NCBI RefSeq assembly: GCF_001194135.2
Contig: NC_069004.1
Location: 15,723,250 to 15,787,249 of the forward strand
Origin: Octopus bimaculoides
Taxonomy: Eukaryota
Direction of reading: 5' to 3'
Length of the DNA stretch: 64,000 nucleotides
The notes under the pieces are model-generated. The model made no database searches and was not told the origin of the DNA. It worked only from the letters and a program-made list of their open reading frames with translations. The translations under genes were made by a program, and so were the position numbers. Below, one piece after another: positions 1 through 12,784 of the stretch. Position 1 is the stretch's first letter, and every line of letters begins with the position of its first letter.

Positions 1-568
1 AGTGTAAGACTATCCTTTCAGATATACTTACATTGTGATTTCTACAATGTAGTACATAAATTGTCAAGTAAATGAGACGCATCTTTGCCTCCACTGATTC
101 ACTTGCAAAGTGTTGAGTAAAATTATTTCGTTGCAGACCTCCTTTGAGTCACACGTAGTCCCCAGTTGGTAACATTGATTTCAAGGCCTTCCCACATGAG
201 TGACTGGTTGTTCTAAGACATTTATTGATTGTAAATTTTTTCTGCACAGTTACCTATCGGTATAGTGGTCATTTGCAAACTCCAGAGGTGACACTTTCAT
301 TTCCCTTTACTCCAAACGTCACACGTTCTTATTTCAATTGGGTCATGCCCTTCCAATTGCTATAGATCCATAATGCATCTTACAGCTGTGCCTGTCACCT
401 GTTTGGTGAGGAATCCTACATTGGGGAGTAGTAACGACTACACTAGGGTAGCCGACTGATTATCGTGATCATTCGTCTTTTGGTTTCCTGTAGCTTTACT
501 CTCTTTTACAAACCCAGTGAACATACATATATTTCCTATTTCAAAGAAATTCAAACAATACATATTAC

Positions 569-1257
569 ACCCAAGTTAAAAACATTCCCAACAATTCAAC
601 TTCTCTGGTTGACATTAACACACCCACCCCCAATTGGTGCCTTAATGCCCACATTTTTCAGCTCCAAGAGCTCCATTTTTCAGGAGCAAAATCCTTTTTA
701 CAGGGTCCATAACACTAGAATTTTCAAATATGCATATAAATATCAGATATATAAAGATGAGAATGTGTGTCTGTGTGAATCCCTAAAACTTGAGAACTAC
801 ACGACCAATATCATTCCAAATTAACACATGCCTTACTTAGGGTTCATGTAGTGTCTTAGGCCAAAACAATTTTTAACTTCTTGCATAGTTCTAGCCCACA
901 GCAATATCATATCTCCTCCACTATTTCAGTATTACGTGTCAAAAGTGAAACAATAACATCACTCTACTGTAATGTCAGATACTTTCACTTTAACACTGAA
1001 ACTATTCCACTATTCAAAAGTGAAACAATAACATGTCGCTACTGTAATTTCAAATACTCTCACATATATACAGGCATACTATTAGACCCAAGTTAAAAAC
1101 ATTCCCAACAGTTCAACTTCTCTGGTTGACATTAACACACCAACCCCCAATAGGGGCCTTCATTCCCACATTTTAGAGCTCCATAAGCTCCATTTTTTCA
1201 GGAGCAAAATCATTTTTACAGGTTCCAGAAGACTGAAATTTTGGAATATGCGCATAA
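569..1257. repeat. ~172-nt direct repeat pair (569-740, 1086-1257) enclosing a ~75-nt tandem repeat (939-1070)
   Basis: Seen directly (acccaagttaaaaacattcccaaca... twice; tcaaaagtgaaacaataacat... twice). Confidence 0.8.
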
Positions 1258-1319
1258 AGATCAATAGTATGGGATACATGTCTCATAATTAGAATTTTTT
1301 TAGGGTGTGTAAAGAGGTG

Positions 1320-2260
1320 CTATTTACGTGCCACCGGCGCGGAAGCCAGACAGCTGCTCTGGCAATGATCACACTCAGACGGTGCTGTTAGCACTCCACC
1401 GGCATGGGTGCCAGTCATTGAATTTGGTTCAATTACGATTTCAATTTCGATTTCACTTGCCTCAACAGGTCTTCGCANNNNNNNNNNNNNNNNNNNNNNN
1501 NNNNNNNNNNNNNNNNNNNNNNNNNNNNNNNNNNNNNNNNNNNNNNNNNNNNNNNNNNNNNNNNNNNNNNNNNNNNNNNNNNNNNNNNNNNNNNNNNNNN
1601 NNNNNNNNNNNNNNNNNNNNNNNNNNNNNNNNNNNNNNNNNNNNNNNNNNNNNNNNNNNNNNNNNNNNNNNNNNNNNNNNNNNNNNNNNNNNNNNNNNNN
1701 TCTTCCACAGGTTCCCTCAAATGCTAGGGTGTCACACTTTTTCACACAGCTATCCTCATCCATTCTCACCACATGACTATACCAGCGCAATCGTCTCTCT
1801 TACACACCACAACTGATGCTTCTTAGGTCCAACTTTTCTCTCAAGGTACGTACACTTTGTCGAGTATGCACACTGACATTACACATCCATCGGAACATAC
1901 TGGCTTCATTCCTTGCAAGCTTACGCATGTCCTCAGCAGTCACGGCCCATGTTTCACTATCATGTAGCATGGCTGTTCGTACACATCCATCATACAGTCT
2001 GCTTTTTACTCTGAGCAGAGGTAGGAGCTCTCTGAACTTTGCCCAGGCTATTCTTATTATAGCAGCTACACTTTCAGCGCACCCTCCCCTGCTACTGACT
2101 TGGTCACCTAGGTAATGGAAACTATCAACTACTTCTAGTTTCTCTCCCTGGAATGTGGCAGAAGTTGTTCTCTGCACATTTTCAGTGTTTATTGCTCCTG
2201 AGCATCTGCCACATACAAAAACTATCTTCTTTTTAAATGTACATAATGGCAAACACCTTT
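1320..2260 (-). mobile_element. RTE-clade LINE 3' fragment (interrupted by an N-gap)
   Basis: ORFs give LEVVDSFHYLGDQV...RIAWAKFRELLPLL...LYDGCVRTAMLHDSETW and RWYSHVVRMDEDSCVKK, typical of the RTE RT C-terminus. Confidence 0.8.
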
Positions 2261-2445
2261 TACTGTCATCTTAAGATCACACTGTTATTTTACCGTGAAA
2301 TTACCTTTAAAACAAACTTGTAATTTTCTTAAACCAAAGATATGGTGCCTTAGTCATACCGACTTGATCTTCTAACTTGTGTCTTGAGGTGTCTGGGTGA
2401 GGTCTGGAGTCAACCTGTACAAATACAAAGCAAAATACAAATATA

Positions 2446-2507
<62 letters not shown>

Positions 2508-2894
2508 NNNNNNNNNNNNNNNNNNNNNNNNNNNNNNNNNNNNNNNNNNNNNNNNNNNNNNNNNNNNNNNNNNNNNNNNNNNNNNNNNNNNNNNNNNNNN
2601 NNNNNNNNNNNNNNNNNNNNNNNNNNNNNNNNNNNNNNNNNNNNNNNNNNNNNNNNNNNNNNNNNNNNNNNNNNNNNNNNNNNNNNNNNNNNNNNNNNNN
2701 NNNNNNNNNNNNNNNNNNNNNNNNNNNNNNNNNNNNNNNNNNNNNNNNNNNNNNNNNNNNNNNNNNNNNNNNNNNNNNNNNNNNNNNNNNNNNNNNNNNN
2801 NNNNNNNNNNNNNNNNNNNNNNNNNNNNNNNNNNNNNNNNNNNNNNNNNNTTCTGCCTGCTCACCACCTTAAATAATAATAATAATAATAATCA

Positions 2895-3340
2895 TAATTG
2901 TTTCTACTCTAGGCACAAGGCCTTGAAAACTTTTGAGGGGAAGGGGACTAGACGATCACATCAACCCCATTGCATAACTGGTACTTATCAACTCTGAAAG
3001 GATTAAAGGCAAAACTGACCTTGGCAGAATTTGAACTCACACCATAGCTGCAGATGAAATACTGCTAAGCATTTCGCTTGGCATGCTCATGATTCTGCCA
3101 GCTTACTGCCTTAATAATAATAATAATCCTTTCTACTAGGCACAAGGCCTGAAATTTTGGGGGGAGGGTATGAATCTATTACATTGACCCCAGTGCATAG
3201 CTAGTACTTATATAATTGACACCAAAAGGATGAAAGACAAAGTTGACCTTGAGGGAATTTGAACTCAGAACGTAGCTGCAATCGAAATACCGCTAAGCAT
3301 TTTGCCTAGCATGCTCACGATTCTGCCAGCTCCCTGCCTT
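2895..3340 (-). mobile_element. Two tandem copies of tRNA-derived SINE family A, separated and flanked by (AAT)n
   Basis: ~210-nt unit repeated many times in the window. Head carries a B-box-like GAGTTCAAATT on the - strand. Confidence 0.8.
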
Positions 3341-3370
3341 AAATAATAATAATAATAATAATAATAAAAT

Positions 3371-3830
3371 AGATAGAGAGGTGAGTTCTTAACTTTTGTA
3401 TACGATTGCTACAATCCATCACTAAAGTAAACATAGCTGACGTAATCCATCACCACAGCCAACTCAATGACAAAAAGCACAACTCGAAAGTAACTTATTT
3501 ATTGGTGCTTTGAACAACAATATTTCGGCATCTCGCGTGCCTTCAACAGGTTCAAAATAAAATAAATGTCAGTCTAATTCATTTTTTAGTTTATATAAAG
3601 GACTGGTAACTCAGCAGAAATGTAATAGGTAGAGAGGTGAGAAATAATATTGTTGTTCAAAGCACCAATAAATAAGTTACTTTCGAGTTGCGCTTTTTGT
3701 CATTAAGTTGGCCGTGGTGATGGATTAAGTTTACCTTAGTGATGGATTGTGGCAATCGTATACAAAAGTTAAGAACTCACCTCTCTATCTATTACATTTC
3801 TGCTGAGTTACCAGTCCTTTATATAAACTA
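3371..3830. mobile_element. Inverted, circularly permuted ~256-nt repeat with a hammerhead-ribozyme-like core (Penelope pLTR/retrozyme-like)
   Basis: 3371-3523 is the inverse of ~3646-3790, and 3587-3641 is the inverse of ~3775-3830. A 15-nt redundancy recurs at a 256-nt period. HHR-like fold at 3509-3556 on the - strand. Confidence 0.65.
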
Positions 3831-5009
3831 ATAATAATAATAATAATAATAATAATCATCATCATCATCATCATCATCATCGTCATCATCAGGAAAAAAG
3901 CCCTGATGCAGTACCAGGCAGTGGCTCTCATGGCTTCTGATCTTAACTGATTGGAAGTGTTATCTACATGTTTTGTCTTGCTATAACAGATGGGCTATAG
4001 TAAATATTCTGCTCAATACCACAGATTTGCTTGTCAGTTGTTTGACCTTAACTAGTTGCGCATGTCCCTTGGGGGCTGATGATATCTGCATCTCTGATCA
4101 TGAGCAGAAGTAGTGGGGGAGCATCATAGCCATGTGTTGAGAGGAATTATTTGGGGTTTGAATAATTCACCTCTGGAAACAGGGGTATTTTGTTCAACAT
4201 TCTTAAACAACCATTATCCAAGGACCTTTTGAGTGGGATGGGCTACTCAACCTGAAGAAAATTCTAACTGGGCCCCACTTGCAAGGTCATGTGCTGTTTA
4301 TCTTGATATAAGATCATCATATCTTGCACATATGGTTGTGATGCATGTGCCTGGTGTACCCTCATCAGACAGGTAGTCATGATGGGTATACTGGGCTTTG
4401 TATATTTTACCCCGCTGTCACTTTGATGGAATGCACTGCTCTCTCACTCAATAATAACAATAATAATTATCCTTTCTTCTATAGATACATGGCCTGAAAT
4501 TTTGTGGGAGGAGGCTAGTTGATTTTAACAACCCCAATACTTAACTGATATTTTATCAACCCCAGTACTTGACTGGTATTTATTTTATTGAACCTCAAAC
4601 GGATGAAAGACAACTTCATCTTCATTCCTCATCATGAGAATGGCTCTACAGTAGAGATTTATGGAGGGGAAACAAAGAGTTTGTTGATAGGTGCTCAAGA
4701 CGAAACTCTAAACACTAGTTCATTGAACAAGGGTATTTATTCCACTCCTATGTAACCAACAAGAGGTAAAAAATATTGAGTGTATTGTAGTAGGCTATAA
4801 AATATTAGCTCAAAAAGAATACAAAGCAACATCATAAGGTTTGTCTGAAATTACGCTAGATACAACTCTTTAGGCAAGTGGTACAATCATGTAGCAGAAA
4901 AGTCTCTGAATAAACCTAGTAAACCAAAACTTCTGTCAGATTTTGACATCTAGATGGAACAATTTAACATTGTAGTCCAGATGTCATTATATCATTTTTT
5001 TTTTACTTG

Positions 5010-5320
5010 TTTCAGTCATTAGACTGCGGCCATGCTGGGATACCAGCTTGAAGGTTTTAATCAAACTAATTGACCATAGTACTTTTATTCTATTGGTCTC
5101 TTTTTGCCAATGTGTTAAGTTTTGGGGGCATAAGCAAGCAAATCAACACTACTTATCAAGTGGTGGTAAGGACAAAGACACACACACAAATATAGAGAGG
5201 CTTCTTTTAGTTTTTATCTACCAAATCTACTCACAAAGCTTTGGTCAGCCCAAGACTATAGTAGAAGGTACTATCCCAAGGTGCCATGCAGTGGGACTGA
5301 ACCTGGAACTGTGTGGTTGG
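5010..5320 (-). mobile_element. SINE family B copy
   Basis: Similar to the copies at ~7800-8090, 42104-42485 (-) and 43046-43422 (+). Shared motifs cagcatggccgcagt, ttctactatagcc, ggttcagtcccactg. Confidence 0.75.
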
Positions 5321-5334
5321 GAAACATATAAAAA

Positions 5335-5580
5335 AAAGAGAGAATGTCTCATAATAATCTTTGCAATTCCTTCAGACAATATGCAGATTTAAAAATGTAA
5401 AGAATATGTAGATACCCAATAGCAAAAGTTGTACCAGTTATCATCAGTGCACTAGGTTTAGTCCACAAAAAAGCTGTTATACCACTGGAACAGTTGGACA
5501 TTAGGGCTGACATGCAAATGCTGCAAAAATGTTCCCACTTCGGAACAGCATATACTCTTAGAAAAGTACTTTCTGTCTAA
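5335..5580 (+). mobile_element. R4/Dong-like (RLE) non-LTR retrotransposon 3' fragment
   Basis: Translates to ...KVVPVIISALGLV...MQMLQKC..FGTAYTLRKVLSV*, the RLE C-terminal signature also seen at 9207 and 28522. Confidence 0.6.
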
Positions 5581-5958
5581 GGCCTTTTAGTTAACATATT
5601 TGAATTTCGGCATTTTAAAAACAACTGTAACTACTTTAAACTAGCAATTACGAGTGTAGATAAGAAGTATAAATAAATGTTTCTAAAACTCACAATATGA
5701 TGGGAAAAAAAGCAAGCTTTAGATAAAATTGGGAAAAATATATTGAAGTATAATGATTTTTCCTCAAACATACTTCTTCCAGAAGGCTACAAGTTCCCTA
5801 AATCTTGTCAAACATAACCAATTTTGTTAAATTAATTTCACAAAATTGTATTGATTTGTGTGTGTGTGTGTATGTGTGTGTGTGCGCGCGTGCGTGTGTG
5901 TCACTGTGTACTTTAATTATTATAGAGATTATATGTGTGAACTATATTTCTTGCACAG

Positions 5959-6044
5959 ATTTCCTTTGGGTTGCTGGAGATGTTTGTGAAGTTCACCTAG
6001 AAGTCTACAACCCTATGCCTGATGATCTGCATGTTACACAAATG
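5959..6044 (+). CDS. TRAPPC9: TRAPPC9 coding exon A (first exon in window; gene begins upstream)
   Basis: ttgcacag acceptor, GTATGT donor. Encodes (D)[28 protein letters not shown], matching recalled human [29 protein letters not shown]. Phase 1 in, phase 0 out. Confidence 0.95.
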
Positions 6045-6590
6045 GTATGTTGACAACACCTGATGGTTCACTTACTGTTGCTATGAAGAGAACCACTTTC
6101 ACTGCCACCTTCACCATCTTTACTTACCTCCATCACCACTATCGTCATCACCTCCTCCACAACATTCACTACTACTGTTACTTTAACAACCTCTATCATC
6201 TTTACCTCCTTTACTACTCAAGCTTCCGTGTAGTCACTCAACCCAATAGAGACTGCAACCAAATTTCCCTTTAATCACACCTTCCCATTTTAAAAAGGGA
6301 CATATTGGATAATATGTGTACACAATAGCTGAGAACTAGATGGGATGATCATGGCTGTTGGGGCTGACCGGGATCTAAACACCAACACCTGTCACCAATT
6401 CACCCACCTTCACTATCCTGACCATCACCACCTCTACCATCTTCACATATCTAACAGATATCAGTGAGAGATATCTACATAGTTACTATACTCAAATTAC
6501 AAATCAAACTCCCTACCTATTGTTGTAATGAGGTCATATGCGTTTTGTGTGTAATGTCTTGATTTTTCTCTCCTTATCTTCATTTGTCAG

Positions 6591-6717
6591 AGTTTATTAA
6601 CAGATGGGGTAGATATGGATGTGTTTCCAATAAATGCTGTAATCCCCACTGAATCGAAACATCATCTGATCAAACTTTCTGGCATTCCAAAGACAAGTTC
6701 TGACCTCAACATATATG
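6591..6717 (+). CDS. TRAPPC9: TRAPPC9 coding exon B
   Basis: catttgtcag acceptor, GTATGT donor. SLLTDGVDMDVFPINAVIPTESKHHLIKLSGIPKTSSDLNIY(G) vs human [43 protein letters not shown]. 127 nt, phase 0 to 1. Confidence 0.93.
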
Positions 6718-7054
6718 GTATGTCAAGGTTATTCTTTGAAACTCCATTTTGTTGTTATTGTTGTTGTTCTTACTGCTGCTGTTGTTTTTCTTGTTGTAAC
6801 TGCTATTGCAGCTGATAAAGACGATGATGTCACAGTTGATATTAATGATGCTGACAGGGACAATGATAAAAATGGCCACGATTTCAATAATGATGGCAAA
6901 GGTAAATGCAATGATGATAATAATAATAGTTGTGCTAGTGGTGATAAGAGTCAATACTTCATTCCTCACCCCCATTACTGGGTCTTTTCCATTCCATACA
7001 CCCTACCTCCACATTTTACACCACCTGCATTCACTATATTATTTCTATTTACAG

Positions 7055-7268
7055 GTTATGTCAGCTATGTTTATGGAGTACGCAGCCATTGTAAACTGAA
7101 AGATATTCCATATTTGCACAATGTACAACATGTCATAGAAGTAGTGCCTGCTTTACCCCACATCCAAGTCAGTACAAACCTGCCCAAGGCACCAAATAGT
7201 CCTCCAAAGTCTTTGGATGGCAAAGATATTGTTGCTAGTGCTGTGGCAGTTCTCTATGCTGGTCAAAG
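7055..7268 (+). CDS. TRAPPC9: TRAPPC9 coding exon C
   Basis: tatttacag acceptor, GTCAGT donor. (G)YVSYVYGVRSHCKL...IEVVPALPHIQVSTNLPK...VLYAGQ vs human YHTTVFGVFSDCLL...VEVIPALPRLQISTSLPR...LYNGE. 214 nt, phase 1 to 2. Confidence 0.93.
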
Positions 7269-7799
7269 GTCAGTTTGATTCTCAATATTAACTAATTTAC
7301 TACTCATGAGTAGACTGTGAATGTATTTCAATTAATTTTCAACATCATCAAGTGTTTAGTAAAATATATAAACTTTATTTAATACAGCTGTGGGTTGGCA
7401 GAATTGTTTGAGCATCAGACATGGTACTTTGTGGTGTCCATTCCAGCTTTGTGCATTCTGAGTTCAAATCCTTATGTATTAACATAAAAAACAGCAAAAC
7501 AATGACACTTTTGGCAAGTAGTGTCAGTAATTTGAAAAACAAATGAGAATATGTTTCCTTAGTTTAATTTGAAGATCAACTACTGCTGTTTATATATTAG
7601 AAATCTAAGCTTAGCTGTAGGTAGAATAAGAATATGAACATATTCATTTGGTATGTAGAAAAACTCACCCAACTCTTCTTTTTTTTTTCCCACACATCAA
7701 AAACATTGAAGGAATGTGTTTACATTCTCATTCACTCAATGCAAGGTTTGTTATATAGTTAAGTTTATTTCAGTTCTTCTTATCCACACTATTTTTATC

Positions 7800-8090
7800 A
7801 TTTATTTTTACTTGTCTCAGTCAAGGCAGTGTCTCAGCACTGCCTTGAAGTATTGAGTTGGGCAAATCAGTTCCAGTACATATTTTGAAAGTTAGGTACT
7901 TATTGTCGGTCTCATATGCTGAACCGCTATGTTACAGAGATCCAAACAAACCAACATTAGTTGTCAAAAGGTGGTGGTGGGGAACAAGCACAACACAAAG
8001 ACACACACATTTATACGATAGATTTCCACAAAGTTTCTGCCTACCAAATCCACTCATAATGGGATTGAATCAAGATCATGGAGTTGCAAA
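7800..8090 (-). mobile_element. SINE family B copy (degenerate)
   Basis: Similar to the other family-B copies. Confidence 0.65.
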
Positions 8091-8209
8091 GTGAGCACAT
8101 ATATATGTGCATGCCTTTGCTCTAGGCATGCACATATATATGTCATATTATCCTGTAAGTAATATCATTTTTTTGTAGTAGGATTTGATGAAATAAAAAA
8201 GCAAGTAAG

Positions 8210-8930
8210 GTACTAATTTAATCAACTATATATTCCCCATCAGAATCAATAACATTCTTCCAATGCTGTAAAAGAGATTTTATGCTATTCCTATTGAAAT
8301 CAGCTGGTTTAGAAGAGAAAAACCCTACTAAGAAGTTGTATTTTATGCCATCAACAAAATTTTGCAAGCTTCAGAATAAATGATAATCTGAAGGAGCAAA
8401 GTCAGGAGAATACAGAGGATGTGGAAGCCTTTCCCAACCTAGCTCCTCAATCTTGGCACATGTGAGTCTTGTACTATGAGGGCTGGCATTGTCATGATGG
8501 AAAATGACACTCGTTTGATTGACTAGAGAGCACATTTTTTCAGTAAGTTTTTCATTCAATTTATCAATTTATTCACAGTACACTTGAGCTGTAATTGTTT
8601 GGTTTGTGGCAAGGTTTCAAAGTGTATTACACTAAACATGTCTCGCCAAACGCTTAACAAAACCTTCCAAGTATGATCTTGTTTTGGATGGGGTCTTACT
8701 TGTTCTTCTAGTCGAACCCATTGACATTGGTGTTTAACAGTCTTATTGAGTGCCTACTTTTCATTACCAGTCACTAGACAGTTCAAAAACGAAGATCCTT
8801 TTCTCACATGAATAAAGAGCAGTGCTGATATTGACATGTTCTCTTTGATGTTTTCACTCAGTTCATGTGGAACACACTTGCCAAGCTTAGACATGATTCC
8901 AAGTTCTTGCAAATAGTGGAGGACGGCTAA
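8210..8930 (-). mobile_element. Mariner transposase remnant
   Basis: FHHDNASPH...LGWERLPHPLYSPDFAPSDYHLF, plus KLGKCVPHEL...FLNCLVTGNEK (WVPHEL and YSPDLAP motifs). Confidence 0.85.
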
Positions 8931-9694
8931 AGTGTTAATACTTATTATCTTGTTTTTAGCATTGAGCTCGGTTTTCAGTATTGATCTAACTTGTCTATAG
9001 TATTCTTTCTTTATTTTCTCTTTCATTATTACTATTATTATTGTTCAGTAGTTTTATTTTTATAACGTGCTTTCACTTCACTACCGAGCGCAGCTATGTG
9101 TGCCTTGGGTATGTGCTGTGGTTTGCTGTGATGCTCTTATGGTTACTGTATTGAAAGTGTTTTGCGTAGGATGTGTGCAGTGCCCAGTAGTGCAATTTTC
9201 TGTATGTTATATATATTTGTAAGTCCTGGTGTTTTTATTATGTATTTGTCTGAATATTTTTTTTATTATACCTAAGGCACCTACTATGATAGGAATTGTT
9301 TCTGTTTTTAGATTCCACATTCGAGTTACCTCTATTTCCAGGTCTTTGTATTTTGAAAGTTTTTCCATTTCTTTTAGGGAAACGTTGTCATCTGCTGGTA
9401 TTGATACATCAATTAGAAAGCATTTTTTTTTCATGATCTATGACAACTATATCTGGTCTATTTGCCTTAATTTCTCTATCTGTGTGTATTGGCATATCCC
9501 AGAGTATGGTTGCTTTCTCGTTTTCTGTGACCTTTTCTGGCGTGTGGCTATACTATCTATTTTCTGTTGTTATTCCAGTGTTGGCATAGCTTCCAGTGTA
9601 TATAGGTCCCAGTTCTGTCGTCTGTGAATATATTCCTTCTTAGCCAGGACTGGGCAGCCAGAGATAATATGATTTATTATTATTATTATTATTA

Positions 9695-9757
<63 letters not shown>

Positions 9758-9995
9758 AGTCTTATTTTTATCACATGCTTTTACTGCTCTACTGAGTGCA
9801 ACTCTGTGTGCTGTGGTTTATTGTGGTGCTCTTATTTTCACTGTATTAAAAGTGTTTTACATATAATGTGTGCAGTGCCTTGTAGTGGCATTTTCTGTAT
9901 GCTCTATACACTTGTAAGTCCTGGTGTTTTTGTTATGTATTTGGCTGAATGTTTTTTTTTTCTCATACCTAATGTACCTACTTTAAGAATTATAG
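8930..9995 (-). mobile_element. R4/Dong-like RLE retrotransposon fragments; two tandem 3' ends (~9050-9670 and ~9755-9995) separated by (TAT)n at 9679-9753
   Basis: CFLIDVSIPADDNVSLKEMEKLSKYKDLEIEVTRMWNLKTETIPIIVGALG, and EYYRQVRSILKTELNAKNKIISINTLAV. 9110-9290 is repeated at 9805-9990. Confidence 0.8.
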
Positions 9996-10039
9996 GTTGT
10001 ATAAATGTATGTGACCTATGGTCATCATAGAAGCAAGGA

Positions 10040-11925
10040 CTCTTGTGTAATGACCTCAGGTGGTTATGTCTGGATGTAATAGCCATCAGTGAGACCAGGA
10101 TTATGGACACATGGGCCTTGGCTCCTATTTTCGATGACTTGTACATTTCCGCATCTCTTAGTTGACTGGGAATGGGGGGGGGGTGCAGTGTTGTTCAGAA
10201 AAGGCCTGGATCTCGAGATACAGTCGATCTTCCTGGACCCAGAAGGTAAGTCGGTGGTCCTGGACATGAATGATAATGAAGGCAGTACTTTTAGACTAGT
10301 CTCAGTGTACACATCAACTGGAGCAGGGCAGCTGGAGTTCTTCAGACGTCTGGAGGCCTTTCTAGGGATGTCTCGCTCTTTTAGTGTTAATGGGTGATTG
10401 AAATGCCATTTTGGCTGCATGTGTGGATTGGGTGGGGCTAGCAGATAGGAAGTGGGGGATGCGCAAACCTTACAAACCTGCTCAGGCATTTCCAACTGGA
10501 AGTCTGGTTCAGACTGGATATCCTGAACACTCCAGTGTGGACATGGGTAAACAGTATCGGATCATCTAGATCTTATCTAGATAGGGTATTTTGTAGGCTA
10601 GCAGATAGGAATAGCATAGGGTGTCCACAATTTGAACTTGTCAACTACACAGACTATAAATTTGTGATCTGTATGGTTGACCTCAATAGGATCCAAAGGC
10701 AGGGACCCGAATACTGGAAGCTGAATGCATCCTTCCGGGTGCGTCAAGCTTTCAGAGACCGGCTTAGCAAATTAGTCCATTGAAAGTTGATGGGTACAAT
10801 CATCAACAACCGATGGTGGGGACCCTAAAATGGGTGATTAGAATAGAAGCTGTAGAATTTAGCAGAGAACTAGTAATAGAGAAGACTAGAGTAGAGTGAA
10901 ACCTAGTTAAGAAATTAAAAGAGGCACTCAGTAGAGGCATAGCAAGCAACGTGCTGGCAGCGAGATTAGTTCTCTAACCAATTCTTCAACACCAAGCATG
11001 AAAATTGCATTGTCTGAGTTAGGGCACGTGCTCTGAAGCAAGAGGGAACATGCTACATGAGTTGAAGCAGATGTGTCGGAATTTCAGTGGCACTTTGCTG
11101 AACTGTATGGAGGCAGAGGTGAACTTCATTTCCTACTTTGTTGGTATGCTGCAACTTTCAGCCAGGGATGTGGAGTTCTGCGAAATGCTGATAACAGCTG
11201 AAGATATATGTGATGCATTGGCTAGTTGCATGAGGGAAAGGTCTCCAGGATTGGATGATCTACCCTTTGAGCTTTATATACATATACCAAACTTGTTTGG
11301 TGAGCTTTTGGTAGACATCTACTGCAACTGGCAGCAGAATGGGAGAATACCTGGATCTGTGAGCTGAGGTGTGATGATGCTACTGAGAAACAACAACCTC
11401 CACCTCACCGACACATCATAGAGAGGGTTGGTAAAGAACCTGGCATGGGTGGGGCCCTGATCCATTTGGATCAATTGAAAGCTTTTGATAGGGTTGACCA
11501 TCTGTACTTGGAGGCTGTCCTCAAGGCGGCTGGTTTTGGTCCCATTTTCAGAGGATGGATCATTGCAATGTACAGTGACATCTGTTCAGTGGTCAGAGTA
11601 AATGGCCACCTGTTGGAATCATTTAGTATCACATGTTTAGTTCATCAAGGATGCACACTCTCACCCCTTCTCTATGTACTGGCACTTGAGCCATTACTGT
11701 GGAAGCTGGAGGTTTCAAGGGGCATCCCGGCTGAACTGGGATGCGGAAGGTTCATGCCAGTGTATGTGAATGATGTCACCATGATAGTGTCTGACATCTC
11801 GAAAATCAAGATGTTCAGCACTACCCTAAGGGAATATGAAGTGGTAGCAGGAGCAATGATCAACCAGGAGAAGTCAGTGGGCCTACAGCTGAGCACCTGG
11901 AGGGGCAGGCTTATGCCAACTGACA
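10040..11925 (+). mobile_element. Tx1/L1-clade LINE ORF2 remnant (APE endonuclease + RT), frameshifted
   Basis: FRLVSVY, SYLDRVF, YWKLNAS, SPGLDDLPFELY, LDQLKAFDRVDH, QGCTLSPLLYVLALEPLL, YVNDVT motifs occur in order. Confidence 0.88.
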
Positions 11926-12045
11926 GCTTACTTGGCTTGCCGGGTCTTCTCACGCACAGCACATTTCCAAAGGTCTCGGTCCGTAGTCATCGCCTCGGTG
12001 AGGCCCAATGTACGAAGGTCTTGCCTCACCACCTCAGCCCAGGTC
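11926..12045 (-). mobile_element. RTE-like 3' fragment inserted into the Tx1/L1 copy, running into an N-gap
   Basis: Similar to 16565-16690 (ttacttggcttg..gggtctt..ccaaaggtctcg..gtgaggccca). Confidence 0.55.
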
Positions 12046-12784
12046 NNNNNNNNNNNNNNNNNNNNNNNNNNNNNNNNNNNNNNNNNNNNNNNNNNNNNNN
12101 NNNNNNNNNNNNNNNNNNNNNNNNNNNNNNNNNNNNNNNNNNNNNNNNNNNNNNNNNNNNNNNNNNNNNNNNNNNNNNNNNNNNNNNNNNNNNNNNNNNN
12201 NNNNNNNNNNNNNNNNNNNNNNNNNNNNNNNNNNNNNNNNNNNNNNNNNGTGGATGGATGGATGGAGTGAGGGAAGCTTTAGTGGTTAGAGGTGCTGAAG
12301 TGAGAGAAGCAAGAGAGTTTATAAATGATAGGAAAGCTTTGTGGATGGATGAGTGAATTTTGATGTTGTTCAAAGGGGTATGGAACCAGCATGATGCAGT
12401 GGGGATGAACCAGCATATGCTGTCAGGCTCCACTGCTGATATTGGGGGTTGTGTTCTATGCCTTGACCCGAGCATTTTTAATCTAGTATTTTATAGATTT
12501 TATGGATTATAAATTTTCTTTTGGATTTTTTAGTTTTTTAAATTACTATTTTGAAGAGTATGCTTTTCGTGATGGTGTCTGATCTCCTTCATTGTTTGAG
12601 TTGCATCTTGGTGGTTCTTCGCTAAATTATTAATGTATAATATGTAGAAAAGGTGTTAGAAGAAACTCCATACAGTGAATCCAGTGCAAGTTATGGACAC
12701 ATAAGAGGTGCCCCAGTATCACTGGAAGACTAACAGAGAAAGTAGTTTTACATGTGGAAGATATGCTGGTACATTAAACACCAG

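Noticed and set aside
249-286. Possible upstream TRAPPC9 exon after ttttttctgcacag
   Set aside because: The translations do not resemble the expected PFIYSP region and the donor is weak. The preceding exon is probably outside the window.
6706-7054. Asp/Asn-rich N-terminal part of ORF 6715-7278
   Set aside because: It is intronic low-complexity (GAT/AAT/GTT) sequence between exons B and C. Only 7055-7268 is the exon.
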